NCBI GenBank assembly: GCA_030149205.1
Contig: JASBSB010000001.1
Location: forward strand, 360,001-392,000
Direction: 5' to 3'
Length of the DNA stretch: 32,000 nt
DNA from: Candidatus Heimdallarchaeota archaeon
Lineage (GTDB): Archaea > Asgardarchaeota > Heimdallarchaeia > Heimdallarchaeales > Kariarchaeaceae
Positions 1 to 9,523 of the stretch are shown in pieces (positions within the stretch are counted from its first letter, which is position 1; each line of letters begins with the position of its first letter). Below the pieces are notes generated by a model. That model ran no database searches and was not told the DNA's origin. It worked only from the letters and a program-made list of their open reading frames with translations. Made by a program: the position numbers and the translations under genes.

Positions 1-1
1 A

Positions 2-736
2 TTACTTAGTAGAGGCTTGATGATATGAGTGTTTTTTTAGTAAAGATTCTACGAAGTTCGGGTCATTTTTGAGGAGTTTTATTAATCCAGACATTAATAG
101 TACAGAATTTATTGCCGTGTAAGATAGCTTACTTACGTTATTTAAGTCTTCATTTGTCAACGTTTTAAGTTGTTCTTTAAACGTATTTTGAATTTGAGTT
201 TCTAAATCAGTCATAAATTTAGCAAAATTAACCTCCACATTTTGCTCTATGGGTACCAATTTCAAAAGGGTAAGTAAGCCAATACCTTTCAATGACTGCT
301 GATGTAATCCATCGTCCTTACAGGCTAGACAATCAGGGCCACAAAATGAATCAACATCATTTTCTTCTGAATTTTGGATGAAGAACACTTTTGCAGTCCT
401 TCCCCAAATTTTCTCTGTTGCAGTCTGTCCCTGGGTAACTCTTTGACCCACCTCATCAATAACCCCTGTACTTTTCAACTCTCGAAGATATCTATAAATC
501 GTCTTTTCAGATTTTAATTTTGAAGAGGAACCTGCATATGTGGGATACAATTCCACAATTTCCTTGACTGTAAAATTTCCATGTCGTAAAAGTGCTACAA
601 TTGGATACCTTTCATTGCTTAAGAGCAGTTTAATAACATCTGGATTCGAGATAAACTCTATAGTTTTAGGGGCTTTATGAATGAAATCCTTACTAACTTT
701 ATCAAATTCATTAAGTTCTGATGATCCATCATCCAC
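2..736 (-). CDS. Winged helix-turn-helix (ArsR-like) protein, probable transcription regulator, with a CxxxCxxC Cys cluster
   Basis: 244 aa, GTG start, TAA at 2-4. wHTH pattern 'ALLRHGNFTVKEI...SEKTIYRYLRELKSTGVIDEVG', wing 'TEKIWGRTAKVF', then 'FCGPDCLAC'. Confidence 0.7.
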   Translation of the reverse strand: MDDGSSELNEFDKVSKDFIHKAPKTIEFISNPDVIKLLLSNERYPIVALLRHGNFTVKEIVELYPTYAGSSSKLKSEKTIYRYLRELKSTGVIDEVGQRVTQGQTATEKIWGRTAKVFFIQNSEENDVDSFCGPDCLACKDDGLHQQSLKGIGLLTLLKLVPIEQNVEVNFAKFMTDLETQIQNTFKEQLKTLTNEDLNNVSKLSYTAINSVLLMSGLIKLLKNDPNFVESLLKKHSYHQASTK

Positions 737-969
737 AGTTTTAATGCGAGTTGAACTTTAAATAACTTATTAAAGGGTAAAATTGACAAATACTTAATTT
801 TCTTATCAAAATTCCAATTAAGATATAATTTTTAGAATGCATTCTAATTTCTTGTGATTGTTCATATTTTTACAGAAACTTTGTCTTATTGAAAATATAA
901 TAACAGTATATACGCTATTGTTCAAAATTTATCTCAATTGTATATGCGCGAAATTAGCTCATCATTAAT

Positions 970-1009
970 TTTCTCAATTTATGAGAAACTATATATAGTT
1001 CATTGAGAA
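970..1009. promoter_or_regulatory. Cluster of overlapping inverted repeats (candidate operator) around a TATA-like element
   Basis: TTTCTCA-N5-TGAGAAA (970-988), perfect palindrome AACTATATATAGTT (987-1000), and TTCTCAAT (971-978) / ATTGAGAA (1002-1009). Lies between two divergent wHTH genes. Confidence 0.4.
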
Positions 1010-1032
1010 TATAATATTAGGAAGTGAAACTA

Positions 1033-1146
1033 ATGGATCAATTATTAGTGTCAATCATGAGTCAAAGCAGTCAGAATATCAGGATGTTTAATAGGGTACA
1101 GTCAAAGGATAAGAGAGCAGTTCTACCCAAAAGAAAGCTTAACTAA
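1033..1146 (+). CDS. Putative 37-aa small protein (MDQLLVSIMSQSSQNIRMFNRVQSKDKRAVLPKRKLN), absent from the ORF track
   Basis: ATG preceded by SD-like AGGAAGTGA. Its TAA overlaps the SD of the next small ORF. No homology recognised. Confidence 0.3.
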   Translation: MDQLLVSIMSQSSQNIRMFNRVQSKDKRAVLPKRKLN

Positions 1147-1159
1147 GGAGGAGAAAAAA

Positions 1160-1267
1160 ATGATTACCAATATCCTATACATTATGGAAGACATAAACAA
1201 ATTTAAGGTTAACAAACCAGTAACATCTAGCAAGAAAATCATCAGCAAAAAAACAAACAACAGTTAA
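1160..1267 (+). CDS. Putative 35-aa Lys-rich small protein (MITNILYIMEDINKFKVNKPVTSSKKIISKKTNNS), absent from the ORF track
   Basis: Strong SD TAAGGAGG at 1144-1151, 8 nt before the ATG. Internal operon genes in this window use similar GAGG-type SDs. No homology recognised. Confidence 0.35.
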   Translation: MITNILYIMEDINKFKVNKPVTSSKKIISKKTNNS

Positions 1268-1364
1268 GTCAAAAGTTTTGTTTATCATCTAACATATTGA
1301 ACTAATTCATCATATAATTTAAAAGCTATGAATTGCTAAATAGATTGAATTAAGGATAACTGAG

Positions 1365-2015
1365 ATGAATTCCAAGGATATTAATTTAAAAGACCTGTTC
1401 CTAACGAATGAAATCATTGAAATTCCACAGCTAGAGTTCTCTAAATCTTATCTAGAGATGTTATTAAAACAAATTAAGAACAATCAAATTGGAGTTTTAA
1501 AGAGGTTTTTTGAATTCATCTCATTAAGTCCTGCGTCTTCTTTTATTGCAGCTAAAACATTTCTCTCTGATTCAGCAGTTCAATTAAAGGAGATTGTTGA
1601 AGAGTCCTCATATTCACAACCTGCGATTTCTCAAAGGTCGGCCCAGCTTGAAGAAATGGGTTTACTTCAACGAAGAAAGGGAAAGGAGAACCGAACTGTA
1701 GAGTTAGAATTGGAAGATTTTAACAAGATCATTTATAGGTTTCTGGATCAGATAATTAATAAAACTCTCAAACCCACAATAAGGGCTCAGCTTAAAATTA
1801 GGGAGACACTTGATCAACTAATTGCTGAATTACCGGTTGAAACTGTCGATAACCATGTACTATACGGTTATGCAAGTTTTAGAAATGACCTTACCTTTGT
1901 TATCAAACGTTTAGCTACAATACTTGAATGGATGATTAATTTGTCAAAGATTGAGGTGAAGGAACCAGAGGAGATTGATGAGTCCATGGTTTTAGAGATC
2001 TTAGAAAGAATTTAG
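1365..2015 (+). CDS. MarR/ArsR-like winged HTH protein with an internal HTH
   Basis: 'VQLKEIVEESSYSQPAISQRSAQLEEMGLLQRRKGKENRTVELEL' is a typical wHTH recognition helix and wing; the flanks look helical. Confidence 0.7.
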   Translation: MNSKDINLKDLFLTNEIIEIPQLEFSKSYLEMLLKQIKNNQIGVLKRFFEFISLSPASSFIAAKTFLSDSAVQLKEIVEESSYSQPAISQRSAQLEEMGLLQRRKGKENRTVELELEDFNKIIYRFLDQIINKTLKPTIRAQLKIRETLDQLIAELPVETVDNHVLYGYASFRNDLTFVIKRLATILEWMINLSKIEVKEPEEIDESMVLEILERI

Positions 2016-2033
2016 AATTGATATCATTCTAAT

Positions 2034-3122
2034 TCATGACTGAACATCATCAGAATTTGAAAAGTTTACATCAACCTTCACATCTTCGAAATTATCAACG
2101 ATATCGGATCTGTCTACAGAACCTTCTAAGATTTGAACTGTGGTCAACCCAAAATTTAAATTTAGTTCTACAAGTCTTTTTCTAAGGTCGTTTACACGCT
2201 TAGAATGGAATTTAGAGATGTACAACATGGATACAAAATATGCCGGTCCGATTATGAATAATATGACTAAAAAGAGAACAAACACAGCTAGAGTATAAAT
2301 TAGAATAGTATCTCCAGTCTTTGTATTTAAAGAGAAAGAATCTGGGTTAGAAGTAACTAGCCGAGAAAATATACTTACTAATAAAGAAACTCCTCCCAAA
2401 AGACCTGTCAGTCCTAAGAACCTGCTGAAAACTCCATTTCTCAAAGAGGTTGATACATCCTCAATCAATCTTTCTTCAAGGTTAATAGAACGGACAGAAC
2501 TGTCTTGTAGAGCCCAGAGTGTTGGGATGAACCACGAAACCAATATTGGTGAAGTTGCTGTAAAAAGGAAGAGCAATCCGGTATAAATCGTAGGTGTGAT
2601 TGGAGAAGCCTTCGGAGGAAGTAATTGAAAAAACAGAAAGCTAATTCCAGAGCCTAACAAAACCACCATCCCTAAACTCGCAGAGATAACATCAAACATT
2701 CTTGTTTTCAATATTTTTCGGGTTGAGGTAATTTCAGCATCGGGAACCTCCGCTTCAACGAAATAAATTTTTTTAGGATCTAAGTAAAGACCTAAGGCCA
2801 TTAGTATCCCTTTTTTCAGGGCTCCTATGATTCCTTGGAATTCTAAAACATTGTTCTCCTTTGATTTTATATGATTTTCGAAGTTTTTAATAACAATTCT
2901 TTCTAGTGTAAACCTACCAATATAATTCCAAGTCAAAACAGAAAACAGTAGAATAAAAAATAACAAAATAAAAGTTGATCCTTGAAACAGTACAAACCAC
3001 TGAATATAGGTTATAATAACAAACAATGAGATCAAGAGCCACCTTTTTTTTGGAACCTTCGACACATTGAAAGTCATTTTTTCTTGTGTAATTTCATCTG
3101 TTTTTAGCAAATAGTTGGACAT
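2034..3122 (-). CDS. Multi-pass membrane protein of unknown function
   Basis: About 6 hydrophobic segments. The track start at 3236 overlaps the upstream zinc-ribbon gene by 62 nt, so ATG 3122 (MSNYLL) is preferred. Confidence 0.7.
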   Translation of the reverse strand: MSNYLLKTDEITQEKMTFNVSKVPKKRWLLISLFVIITYIQWFVLFQGSTFILLFFILLFSVLTWNYIGRFTLERIVIKNFENHIKSKENNVLEFQGIIGALKKGILMALGLYLDPKKIYFVEAEVPDAEITSTRKILKTRMFDVISASLGMVVLLGSGISFLFFQLLPPKASPITPTIYTGLLFLFTATSPILVSWFIPTLWALQDSSVRSINLEERLIEDVSTSLRNGVFSRFLGLTGLLGGVSLLVSIFSRLVTSNPDSFSLNTKTGDTILIYTLAVFVLFLVILFIIGPAYFVSMLYISKFHSKRVNDLRKRLVELNLNFGLTTVQILEGSVDRSDIVDNFEDVKVDVNFSNSDDVQS

Positions 3123-3174
3123 AATGTTAGAATCTAAGGATTTAGTCAAAAACCTTTTGGAGAATTTGAACCGC

Positions 3175-3357
3175 TTATTGTTTTTTCCACCAAGAAATGA
3201 TAATTTTGCTTGACTTACAGCTTGGGCATTTTGCAATTACCCCAACTCCCTGTTCCATATATTCCTTTTCAAATACAGCATCATTAAATCTAAACTTGCA
3301 TTTTAGACATCTATAATGGTCAGGTCGCTTGACATTATCATGTCTTCTTGAACTCAT
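3175..3357 (-). CDS. Small zinc-ribbon protein (CxxC-X-CxxC)
   Basis: 60 aa, 'YRCLKCKFRF...KCPSCKSSK', co-oriented with its neighbours. Confidence 0.7.
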   Translation of the reverse strand: MSSRRHDNVKRPDHYRCLKCKFRFNDAVFEKEYMEQGVGVIAKCPSCKSSKIIISWWKKQ

Positions 3358-3441
3358 AAGAAAAAACTGTTCAAAAGACTTAATATATTTTCTGAATCAA
3401 GTCCTCTTGAATCTAAGTTTCTTGATAGATTTGTAGATTGA

Positions 3442-5478
3442 TTATGAAAAGGGTTTATTTGCAATGTATAAATCAAAAACAATTGATAAATTTGACACGA
3501 AACGTATCAAGGTGAGAGGAGATGAAGGTATATATTCTGTGGTTACTACCTCGACCTCTCCATTTGAAAATTTAAAATTAAATGTTAACAATATTTCTTG
3601 TAACCCTTGATCCGCAGGGAGAAATCTATGAACATGAAAGTTAAATAAGCGAGAGCCTGTAAGTACAATTGGATCGGTTTGTTTTGAGGTTTTTATTTTG
3701 ACTGTTTTAAGCTCAGGATTCTTGGTATTTAGACTGTATGTAAGCTCTTTTATTGGAATTTCAGCCCCTGTCATATCAATTGTTTCAGATTCGAAACAAA
3801 GTCTGAAAAAACCGTGTGATTGCAAGTTTGTATTTTTTAAATGGAATCTTAACAAATAGGAATAGAGCCAGTCTAATCTTTGGGGTAAAACCAATATATT
3901 GTGTTTAAGAGAAATTTCGTTATTTTTCAAAGCTTCAAAGGAAGTTGCTTTAGATAAAATCTGTTGAAATCCAACGACAAAAAAAAGCAAGAAAACTAAC
4001 GTTGTACTAATGATAAATGTCTGTGAACTTGTAACAATTGTTCCTAGCGAATTTTGAACACTTATCGAGAAGAATTGAGTCAGACCACCAATATTTAGAA
4101 AACCAGCATTGTACCATTGAATGAATACTAAAATGATAAAAAGTGAGAAAAGATAAATTAAAAGGTTTATGTTTTTCAATCTCAGAAAACCTAAAGCATC
4201 CCTTAAGACAGTCGTTTTAGGTGAAATTCCTATCTTTATTGATCGAACATATTCCTTATGGATAAATTGATAGTATCCTGTTTCAAAAAAACCATAGACC
4301 TCTTCTGAAAGAATAAAGTAGCCTAAACCAGTTTCACTCACTTTGTTATCTAAATATCTGTTAATTAATTTGTACAATATGAGATTTATCAGTATAATTG
4401 CAAGGCTTGAAATAATAACTGCATAAATGAATTGAGTTGATCTCAATCCAAACTTAATTGCAAAAAATATGTTGAGTGTAAGAAAATACAAGATACTTAA
4501 AACTAGATTAAAAACTATCGTTGATTTGTTGATTTTGTAGAATTCTTCTTCTATTGATAAAGGAAAATAAATTGTTGATTCTTTCGAAAATGGCTTTACA
4601 GGAACTACCTCATCACTATGTTTATCTAAAGTTAAACCAAATACAGTTGAAAAAAATCTAAATTGATTACGGATACCCACAGCAGACAAATCAAATGAAA
4701 GCAAATTTTCTCTCCCCGTGCCAAATGTGTAAGTTAGGTTATTAGATGTGGGAGAAAAGGTCAATCGATAAATAAGGATGGTGATTGTCAAAATTAATAG
4801 TTTTAATCCATTAAACAGGAACTGAGGATAAAAGTAGTCACTCAGAGTAAACACACTAAAAATGATAGCTACAAGAATATAGAATCTAAGTGAAATTAGT
4901 GTTTTATTTTTTAATAAAACTCTCCGTAAACTTGAGTTATTATACACCTTCAATGAATCTCCAGTATATGCAATCTGTAATGCAATAGCTAAAAATACCA
5001 AAATCTGGACTTCGACAATGGAAACTGTAACATTTTGAATGTTTTGTATTCCAGTAATCCAAGATATGTCGAGTTGGAAGAAGAATGCAGCTTTGATAAA
5101 TTTATCAACCTGGATGCTTAAGTTTTGATTGATCACCACATTTAAAAAAATTATAAGACTCAAATAGATTGTAGTTAGGAAGAAAATATTGAATTTACGA
5201 TTATTGGTGAGAGGGTGGGTGTATGAGTAAATTTTGTTCTTTGTTAAAACTAGTTCCTCCTCCACTTTCAGGAGGTTTTTCAAGATGAAAACAAACAAAA
5301 TGCTGAGAAGAGCAAAAAGATAACTATTTACAAGCAACAAGAAGAACGGTAATAGGAGATAAAACATCCAATTCTTATAATCGATACGTTCAAGCTTTAA
5401 CTGAGTTATTGGGGGTTCACTTTCTTCCTTATAACCCAATTGAGATGCTAAAAGATTCTCATGTAATGCATTAAACAT
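3442..5478 (-). CDS. Large multi-pass membrane protein, possibly with PH-like modules and a soluble beta-rich C-terminal domain
   Basis: 678 aa, about 10 TM segments, SD GAGGT upstream, hydrophilic C-terminal ~140 aa. 'ELVLTKNKIYSY' resembles a motif in the adjacent gene. Confidence 0.65.
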   Translation of the reverse strand: MFNALHENLLASQLGYKEESEPPITQLKLERIDYKNWMFYLLLPFFLLLVNSYLFALLSILFVFILKNLLKVEEELVLTKNKIYSYTHPLTNNRKFNIFFLTTIYLSLIIFLNVVINQNLSIQVDKFIKAAFFFQLDISWITGIQNIQNVTVSIVEVQILVFLAIALQIAYTGDSLKVYNNSSLRRVLLKNKTLISLRFYILVAIIFSVFTLSDYFYPQFLFNGLKLLILTITILIYRLTFSPTSNNLTYTFGTGRENLLSFDLSAVGIRNQFRFFSTVFGLTLDKHSDEVVPVKPFSKESTIYFPLSIEEEFYKINKSTIVFNLVLSILYFLTLNIFFAIKFGLRSTQFIYAVIISSLAIILINLILYKLINRYLDNKVSETGLGYFILSEEVYGFFETGYYQFIHKEYVRSIKIGISPKTTVLRDALGFLRLKNINLLIYLFSLFIILVFIQWYNAGFLNIGGLTQFFSISVQNSLGTIVTSSQTFIISTTLVFLLFFVVGFQQILSKATSFEALKNNEISLKHNILVLPQRLDWLYSYLLRFHLKNTNLQSHGFFRLCFESETIDMTGAEIPIKELTYSLNTKNPELKTVKIKTSKQTDPIVLTGSRLFNFHVHRFLPADQGLQEILLTFNFKFSNGEVEVVTTEYIPSSPLTLIRFVSNLSIVFDLYIANKPFS

Positions 5479-5482
5479 TAAA

Positions 5483-6154
5483 TTACCTCTTAATAAGTTG
5501 GTTAATCACTTTTAAAATCTCCCCATGATCTTTAGGAAGGTGAAATGTAAAAATCGGTCCTGAACTTATTGCAATTGAGAGAACCTTCCTTCCTATAGGG
5601 ATGGAATAAACAAGACTAATTAAACCTACAATAGTCAACAGGAGTCCCAGAGGAACTAGAGGTGAGATGTTTGTAAATACAGAATTTATTCCTGTTGAAG
5701 CTAATATCGAATAACCCAAACTAATAGTGAATAGTCCCAACCAAAACCTAATTTGATCAAAGGGTTTGTTTCCGTAATATAAAGAGCCAACTGAGTCAAA
5801 AAATAGATCTGTAACAGACAAGTAGTTAAAAATTTGAATTGCTTTGAGAGAATATGCACTTTCTTCAATCTTTAACACTCTTTGAGAGGTTATTACAATC
5901 ATTACCTGAATTTTAATTCGCAAAAGATTGTACAATAGAAAAATAGTAGACAACAGAAAAACTATCCACCAAAAGGAACCAATTTGTAAAGACAAAAACA
6001 GACCAAATCCACCAATAAGAAGCAAAAAGAATACTGATAACACAGAAATAAAGTTATAATCAGTGTAGTTGAATTGATTAATTATCAACTCTTCAGGAGT
6101 TAAGAACACACGAAACCTATTAGCTAGTACATTGGCTTCTTCTTCAGCTTCCAT
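5483..6154 (-). CDS. Membrane protein with a bacterial PH-like (YdbS/bPH_2-type) module
   Basis: TM hairpin followed by 'IVITSQRVLKIE...SVTDLFFDSVGSLYY', then a second TM hairpin. The family assignment is tentative. Confidence 0.55.
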   Translation of the reverse strand: MEAEEEANVLANRFRVFLTPEELIINQFNYTDYNFISVLSVFFLLLIGGFGLFLSLQIGSFWWIVFLLSTIFLLYNLLRIKIQVMIVITSQRVLKIEESAYSLKAIQIFNYLSVTDLFFDSVGSLYYGNKPFDQIRFWLGLFTISLGYSILASTGINSVFTNISPLVPLGLLLTIVGLISLVYSIPIGRKVLSIAISSGPIFTFHLPKDHGEILKVINQLIKR

Positions 6155-6214
6155 TCTAACTAACTTATAATAAATAGGATATATAAGATATCCAAATAAT
6201 CTTGAACTAATTGC

Positions 6215-9200
6215 TTATCTTTCTGATTTCTTTATCTTAAGAAGTAATTTTTCAGATCCTATATCCCATTCCTGTTCAAAATCTGGAGCTTCCATTGTTT
6301 TTACTGTTTGAACAGTCTGTGTTTCAGAGAGGATATACTCACTATGCTTTTTGAAGGCCTGCTTGAGATTATTGCTTTTTGTTTCTACTAAGAGAATTAT
6401 CTTATCTGTAAAAGCCAGGTCTGCGCTTTTTCTCATATCTTGGATCCTTCTCACAATCTCCCTTGCTAATCCTTCAAGTTCTAATTCTTTTGTGATTTTA
6501 GTTTTGACAAAGACAGTCACTCCTCGTGATGAGCCCATTGAAAATCCTTCTTTTGATATCTCTCCCACATTGATTTCATCTGCTGTAAATTCCCAGGTGT
6601 CGTTCCCTAAAGTGATGGTCACAGTACCATTAGCCTTCATTTCTTCTACAATCTTACGTGCATCAGTCTTTGGTAAGGTTTGAAGGTAGGATTTAAGTTC
6701 AGTAATTTTTGATTTCAACTTAGGTGCGAGTAATTTAAGGTTGGGAAGGACACTATAGTCAATATATTCATCTGATGTTGTTGAGCTAACAGATTTCACA
6801 TTAAGTTCACCTGCCACAACCTGTAAAAGTTCACCTAGATCAGGAGATTCCTGAGGAAGTGATATTACAGCAAGTTCTAATGGTTGTCTCATCTTTATAT
6901 TTGCCAGGGACCGTGCCGCTCTACCTGCAATTGCAGCATTAATAGCAACCCCCATTTTCTTGTTTAACTTTATCTGCAGTAAACTGTCATCTGGTTTGGG
7001 AAAATATTGTGCATGTACACTTTCAATCGGAGCATCCAATTGATCACGATTTAGATTTAGAAACATTTCTTCTGAGGTAAAAGGCATGATTGGAGCAAGT
7101 AGGAGAGATAAAGTCCTTAATACCTCATATAGAGTATCATAGGCATATTTTTTGTCATCGTCTAACTCATCAGTATAAAATCTTCTTCTGGATCTACGTA
7201 GGTACCAGTTACTCACTTCTTCGATGATAAAATAATCTAGTGATAATACAGCTTTATGAATTGTAAGGGTTTCCAAACCATCTCTTACCTCTTCTATTAC
7301 CTCTTGCAGTCTTGATATGATCCATTGGTCGATTTCTGCTCTATCAGCAACCTTAGATCGAACAACTGGCTCATATTCATCTACATTGATGTTGGTAACA
7401 AAGAAACTATAGACATTCCAGAGGGTGTTTAACATTTTCCTCTGTGCTTCCTCAGTAAGCTCTATACTAAACCGGGTTTGATTCCACGCTGGGGTTCTAC
7501 TGAGGTACCATCTGACAGCGTCTGCACCGACTTTATCAAAAACCTCATCGGGATTGGTGGTATTCCTTAAGCTTTTTGACATTTTCTTACCATTATCGTC
7601 TAAGACATGTTCCATGCAAAGTGATGATATATAAGCTGGTTTATCAAATAATGCTGTATTTACTGCAAGTAAACTGTAAAACCATCCTCTGGTTTGATCT
7701 ATCGCTTCTGTTATCCAGTTAAAGGGAAAATCATTTTCAAATTCTTCCACATTTTCAAAGGGATAATGGTACTGAGCAAAAGGTGCACTACCTGAGTCAT
7801 ACCAGACATCAATTACGTATTTTTCACGAATCATTTCTTTTCCACAATCAGCACAGTCCCATTTTACTTCATCAATCCAGGGCCGATGTAATTCAAATTC
7901 CTCTGGCAACTTTCCAACTCTTTCTATAAGGTCTGCTTTGCTTCCAACCACTTCTGTCTTTCCACAGTCTGTACATATCCATATAGGTAGTGGGGTTCCC
8001 CAGTATCTGGATCGAGAAAGATTCCAGTCAACCACATTCTCAAGAAAATTGCCAAATCTTCCATGTTTGATGTAGTCCGGTTGCCAATGGATCTGTTCAT
8101 TGTTCTTCGTCAGGTTCTCTCTTAACCTTGACATTTCGATAAACCATGATTCTGTCCCGTAATACAGTAAAGGAGTCTTACATCTCCAACAATGTGGATA
8201 GGAGTGTTTGTATGATTCTTTCTTAAAGAGTTTACCATCTTCTTTTAACATTTTTATGATTTTTTTGTCTGCATCCTTAACCCAAATTCCTTCCAAAGGT
8301 GGAACATCAGCTGTAAACTTCCCTTCTAGATCTACACATTGAATAATTGGTGCTTTATATTTGCGACCGGTTTCTGCATCATCTGCACCAAAGGCAGGTG
8401 CAGAGTGCACTATCCCAGTTCCATTTTCGATAGTGACATAATCTGCAAGAGTGACAATAAATGCATTTCCAGGGGTATCGGCAAAATAAGGAAAGAGTGG
8501 AACATATTTCTTAAATTCAAGATCCTTTCCCTTATAGGTCTTAAGAACTTTTTTCTTTTCTCCAAAAACCTTTTCAACAAGCTCTTTTGCCAGTAATAGT
8601 TTCTCACCATCATGATTAACCACAACATATGTGATATCAGGGTTAACAGATAACATTACATTAGAAAGAAGAGTCCAAGGTGTCGTGGTCCAAGCCAAAA
8701 ATTTTATTCCATCAAAATCAACAGAGTCGAACTTGACGAAAACTGATGGATCAACAACCTCTTTATACCCTTGGGCTAATTCATGACTTGAGAGTGTCGT
8801 ACCACACCTGGTACATAATGGGGCAACTCGAACTCCCTTGTAAAGGAGGTTCTTATTGTACAATTCCTTCAGAGACCACCACACACTTTCAATGTAATTA
8901 TCACTCATTGTGATATAGGGATGATCAAGGTCAAGCCAGAACCCTATTCGTTCTGTCATTTCTCTCCATTCTTTCTCGTATTTTAGTACACTGGTTTTAC
9001 ATAACTGGTTAAATTTTTTTATCCCAAAATCTTCAATGTCTTGTTTCTTGGTAAAACCTAACTCTTTTTCTACTTCAAGTTCCACTGGGAGACCATGACA
9101 ATCCCATCCACCTATTCTTGGTCTAACATAGAACCCTTCCATAGTGCGAAACCGTAAAATAATATCTTTTAGTGTTCTTGTTAGCGCATGTCCAGCATGG

Positions 9201-9388
9201 GGTAGACCATTTGCTGTTGGAGGACCTTCTAGCCAAGTCCATTGGTTTGAAGACTCATTTTTTCTTAATTCTTGGATCTTGTTAAAAAGATCCTGAGATT
9301 TCCATTTCTTCAAAACTTTCTCTTCCATTTTTGGAAAATTGTTTTGCGAATTAACAGGTTTGAACACTAATCCTTTCTGTTTAATCAT
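6215..9388 (-). CDS. ileS: Isoleucine--tRNA ligase (type 2, archaeal/eukaryote-like)
   Basis: 1057 aa. 'EGPPTANGLPHAGH' (HIGH), 'GWDCHGLP', CP1 editing motifs 'WTTTPWTL' and 'GTGIVHSAP', 'EAIDQTRGWF', 'KMSKS', and the long C-terminal extension of type 2. Confidence 0.98.
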   Translation of the reverse strand: MIKQKGLVFKPVNSQNNFPKMEEKVLKKWKSQDLFNKIQELRKNESSNQWTWLEGPPTANGLPHAGHALTRTLKDIILRFRTMEGFYVRPRIGGWDCHGLPVELEVEKELGFTKKQDIEDFGIKKFNQLCKTSVLKYEKEWREMTERIGFWLDLDHPYITMSDNYIESVWWSLKELYNKNLLYKGVRVAPLCTRCGTTLSSHELAQGYKEVVDPSVFVKFDSVDFDGIKFLAWTTTPWTLLSNVMLSVNPDITYVVVNHDGEKLLLAKELVEKVFGEKKKVLKTYKGKDLEFKKYVPLFPYFADTPGNAFIVTLADYVTIENGTGIVHSAPAFGADDAETGRKYKAPIIQCVDLEGKFTADVPPLEGIWVKDADKKIIKMLKEDGKLFKKESYKHSYPHCWRCKTPLLYYGTESWFIEMSRLRENLTKNNEQIHWQPDYIKHGRFGNFLENVVDWNLSRSRYWGTPLPIWICTDCGKTEVVGSKADLIERVGKLPEEFELHRPWIDEVKWDCADCGKEMIREKYVIDVWYDSGSAPFAQYHYPFENVEEFENDFPFNWITEAIDQTRGWFYSLLAVNTALFDKPAYISSLCMEHVLDDNGKKMSKSLRNTTNPDEVFDKVGADAVRWYLSRTPAWNQTRFSIELTEEAQRKMLNTLWNVYSFFVTNINVDEYEPVVRSKVADRAEIDQWIISRLQEVIEEVRDGLETLTIHKAVLSLDYFIIEEVSNWYLRRSRRRFYTDELDDDKKYAYDTLYEVLRTLSLLLAPIMPFTSEEMFLNLNRDQLDAPIESVHAQYFPKPDDSLLQIKLNKKMGVAINAAIAGRAARSLANIKMRQPLELAVISLPQESPDLGELLQVVAGELNVKSVSSTTSDEYIDYSVLPNLKLLAPKLKSKITELKSYLQTLPKTDARKIVEEMKANGTVTITLGNDTWEFTADEINVGEISKEGFSMGSSRGVTVFVKTKITKELELEGLAREIVRRIQDMRKSADLAFTDKIILLVETKSNNLKQAFKKHSEYILSETQTVQTVKTMEAPDFEQEWDIGSEKLLLKIKKSER

Positions 9389-9523
9389 ACGGTTCGCCTA
9401 AGTCTGCCTAGAAAAAATTATATTAATATTAATCGGTAAAGTCCAACAAACTAAACCTCTCAATTTATGGTTGTTCAAGACATTAAACTTACAATTTAAG
9501 AAACTTATTAATCCAGTAAAATC

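Noticed and set aside
3123-3236. N-terminal 38 aa of the 400-aa track ORF
   Set aside because: Overlaps the zinc-ribbon gene by 62 nt in another frame; ATG 3122 is the more plausible start.
3175-3357. Zinc ribbon as RNA polymerase subunit Rpo12 (RpoP)
   Set aside because: The CxxC pairs are similar, but it lacks the C-terminal 'RI..K.R' pattern, ends in SWWKKQ, and is not in the usual L37ae/prefoldin context.
6351-8628. Track ORFs 6351..6683 (+), 8339..8596 (+) and 8410..8628 (-)
   Set aside because: Shadow or alternate frames wholly inside ileS with no recognisable motifs.
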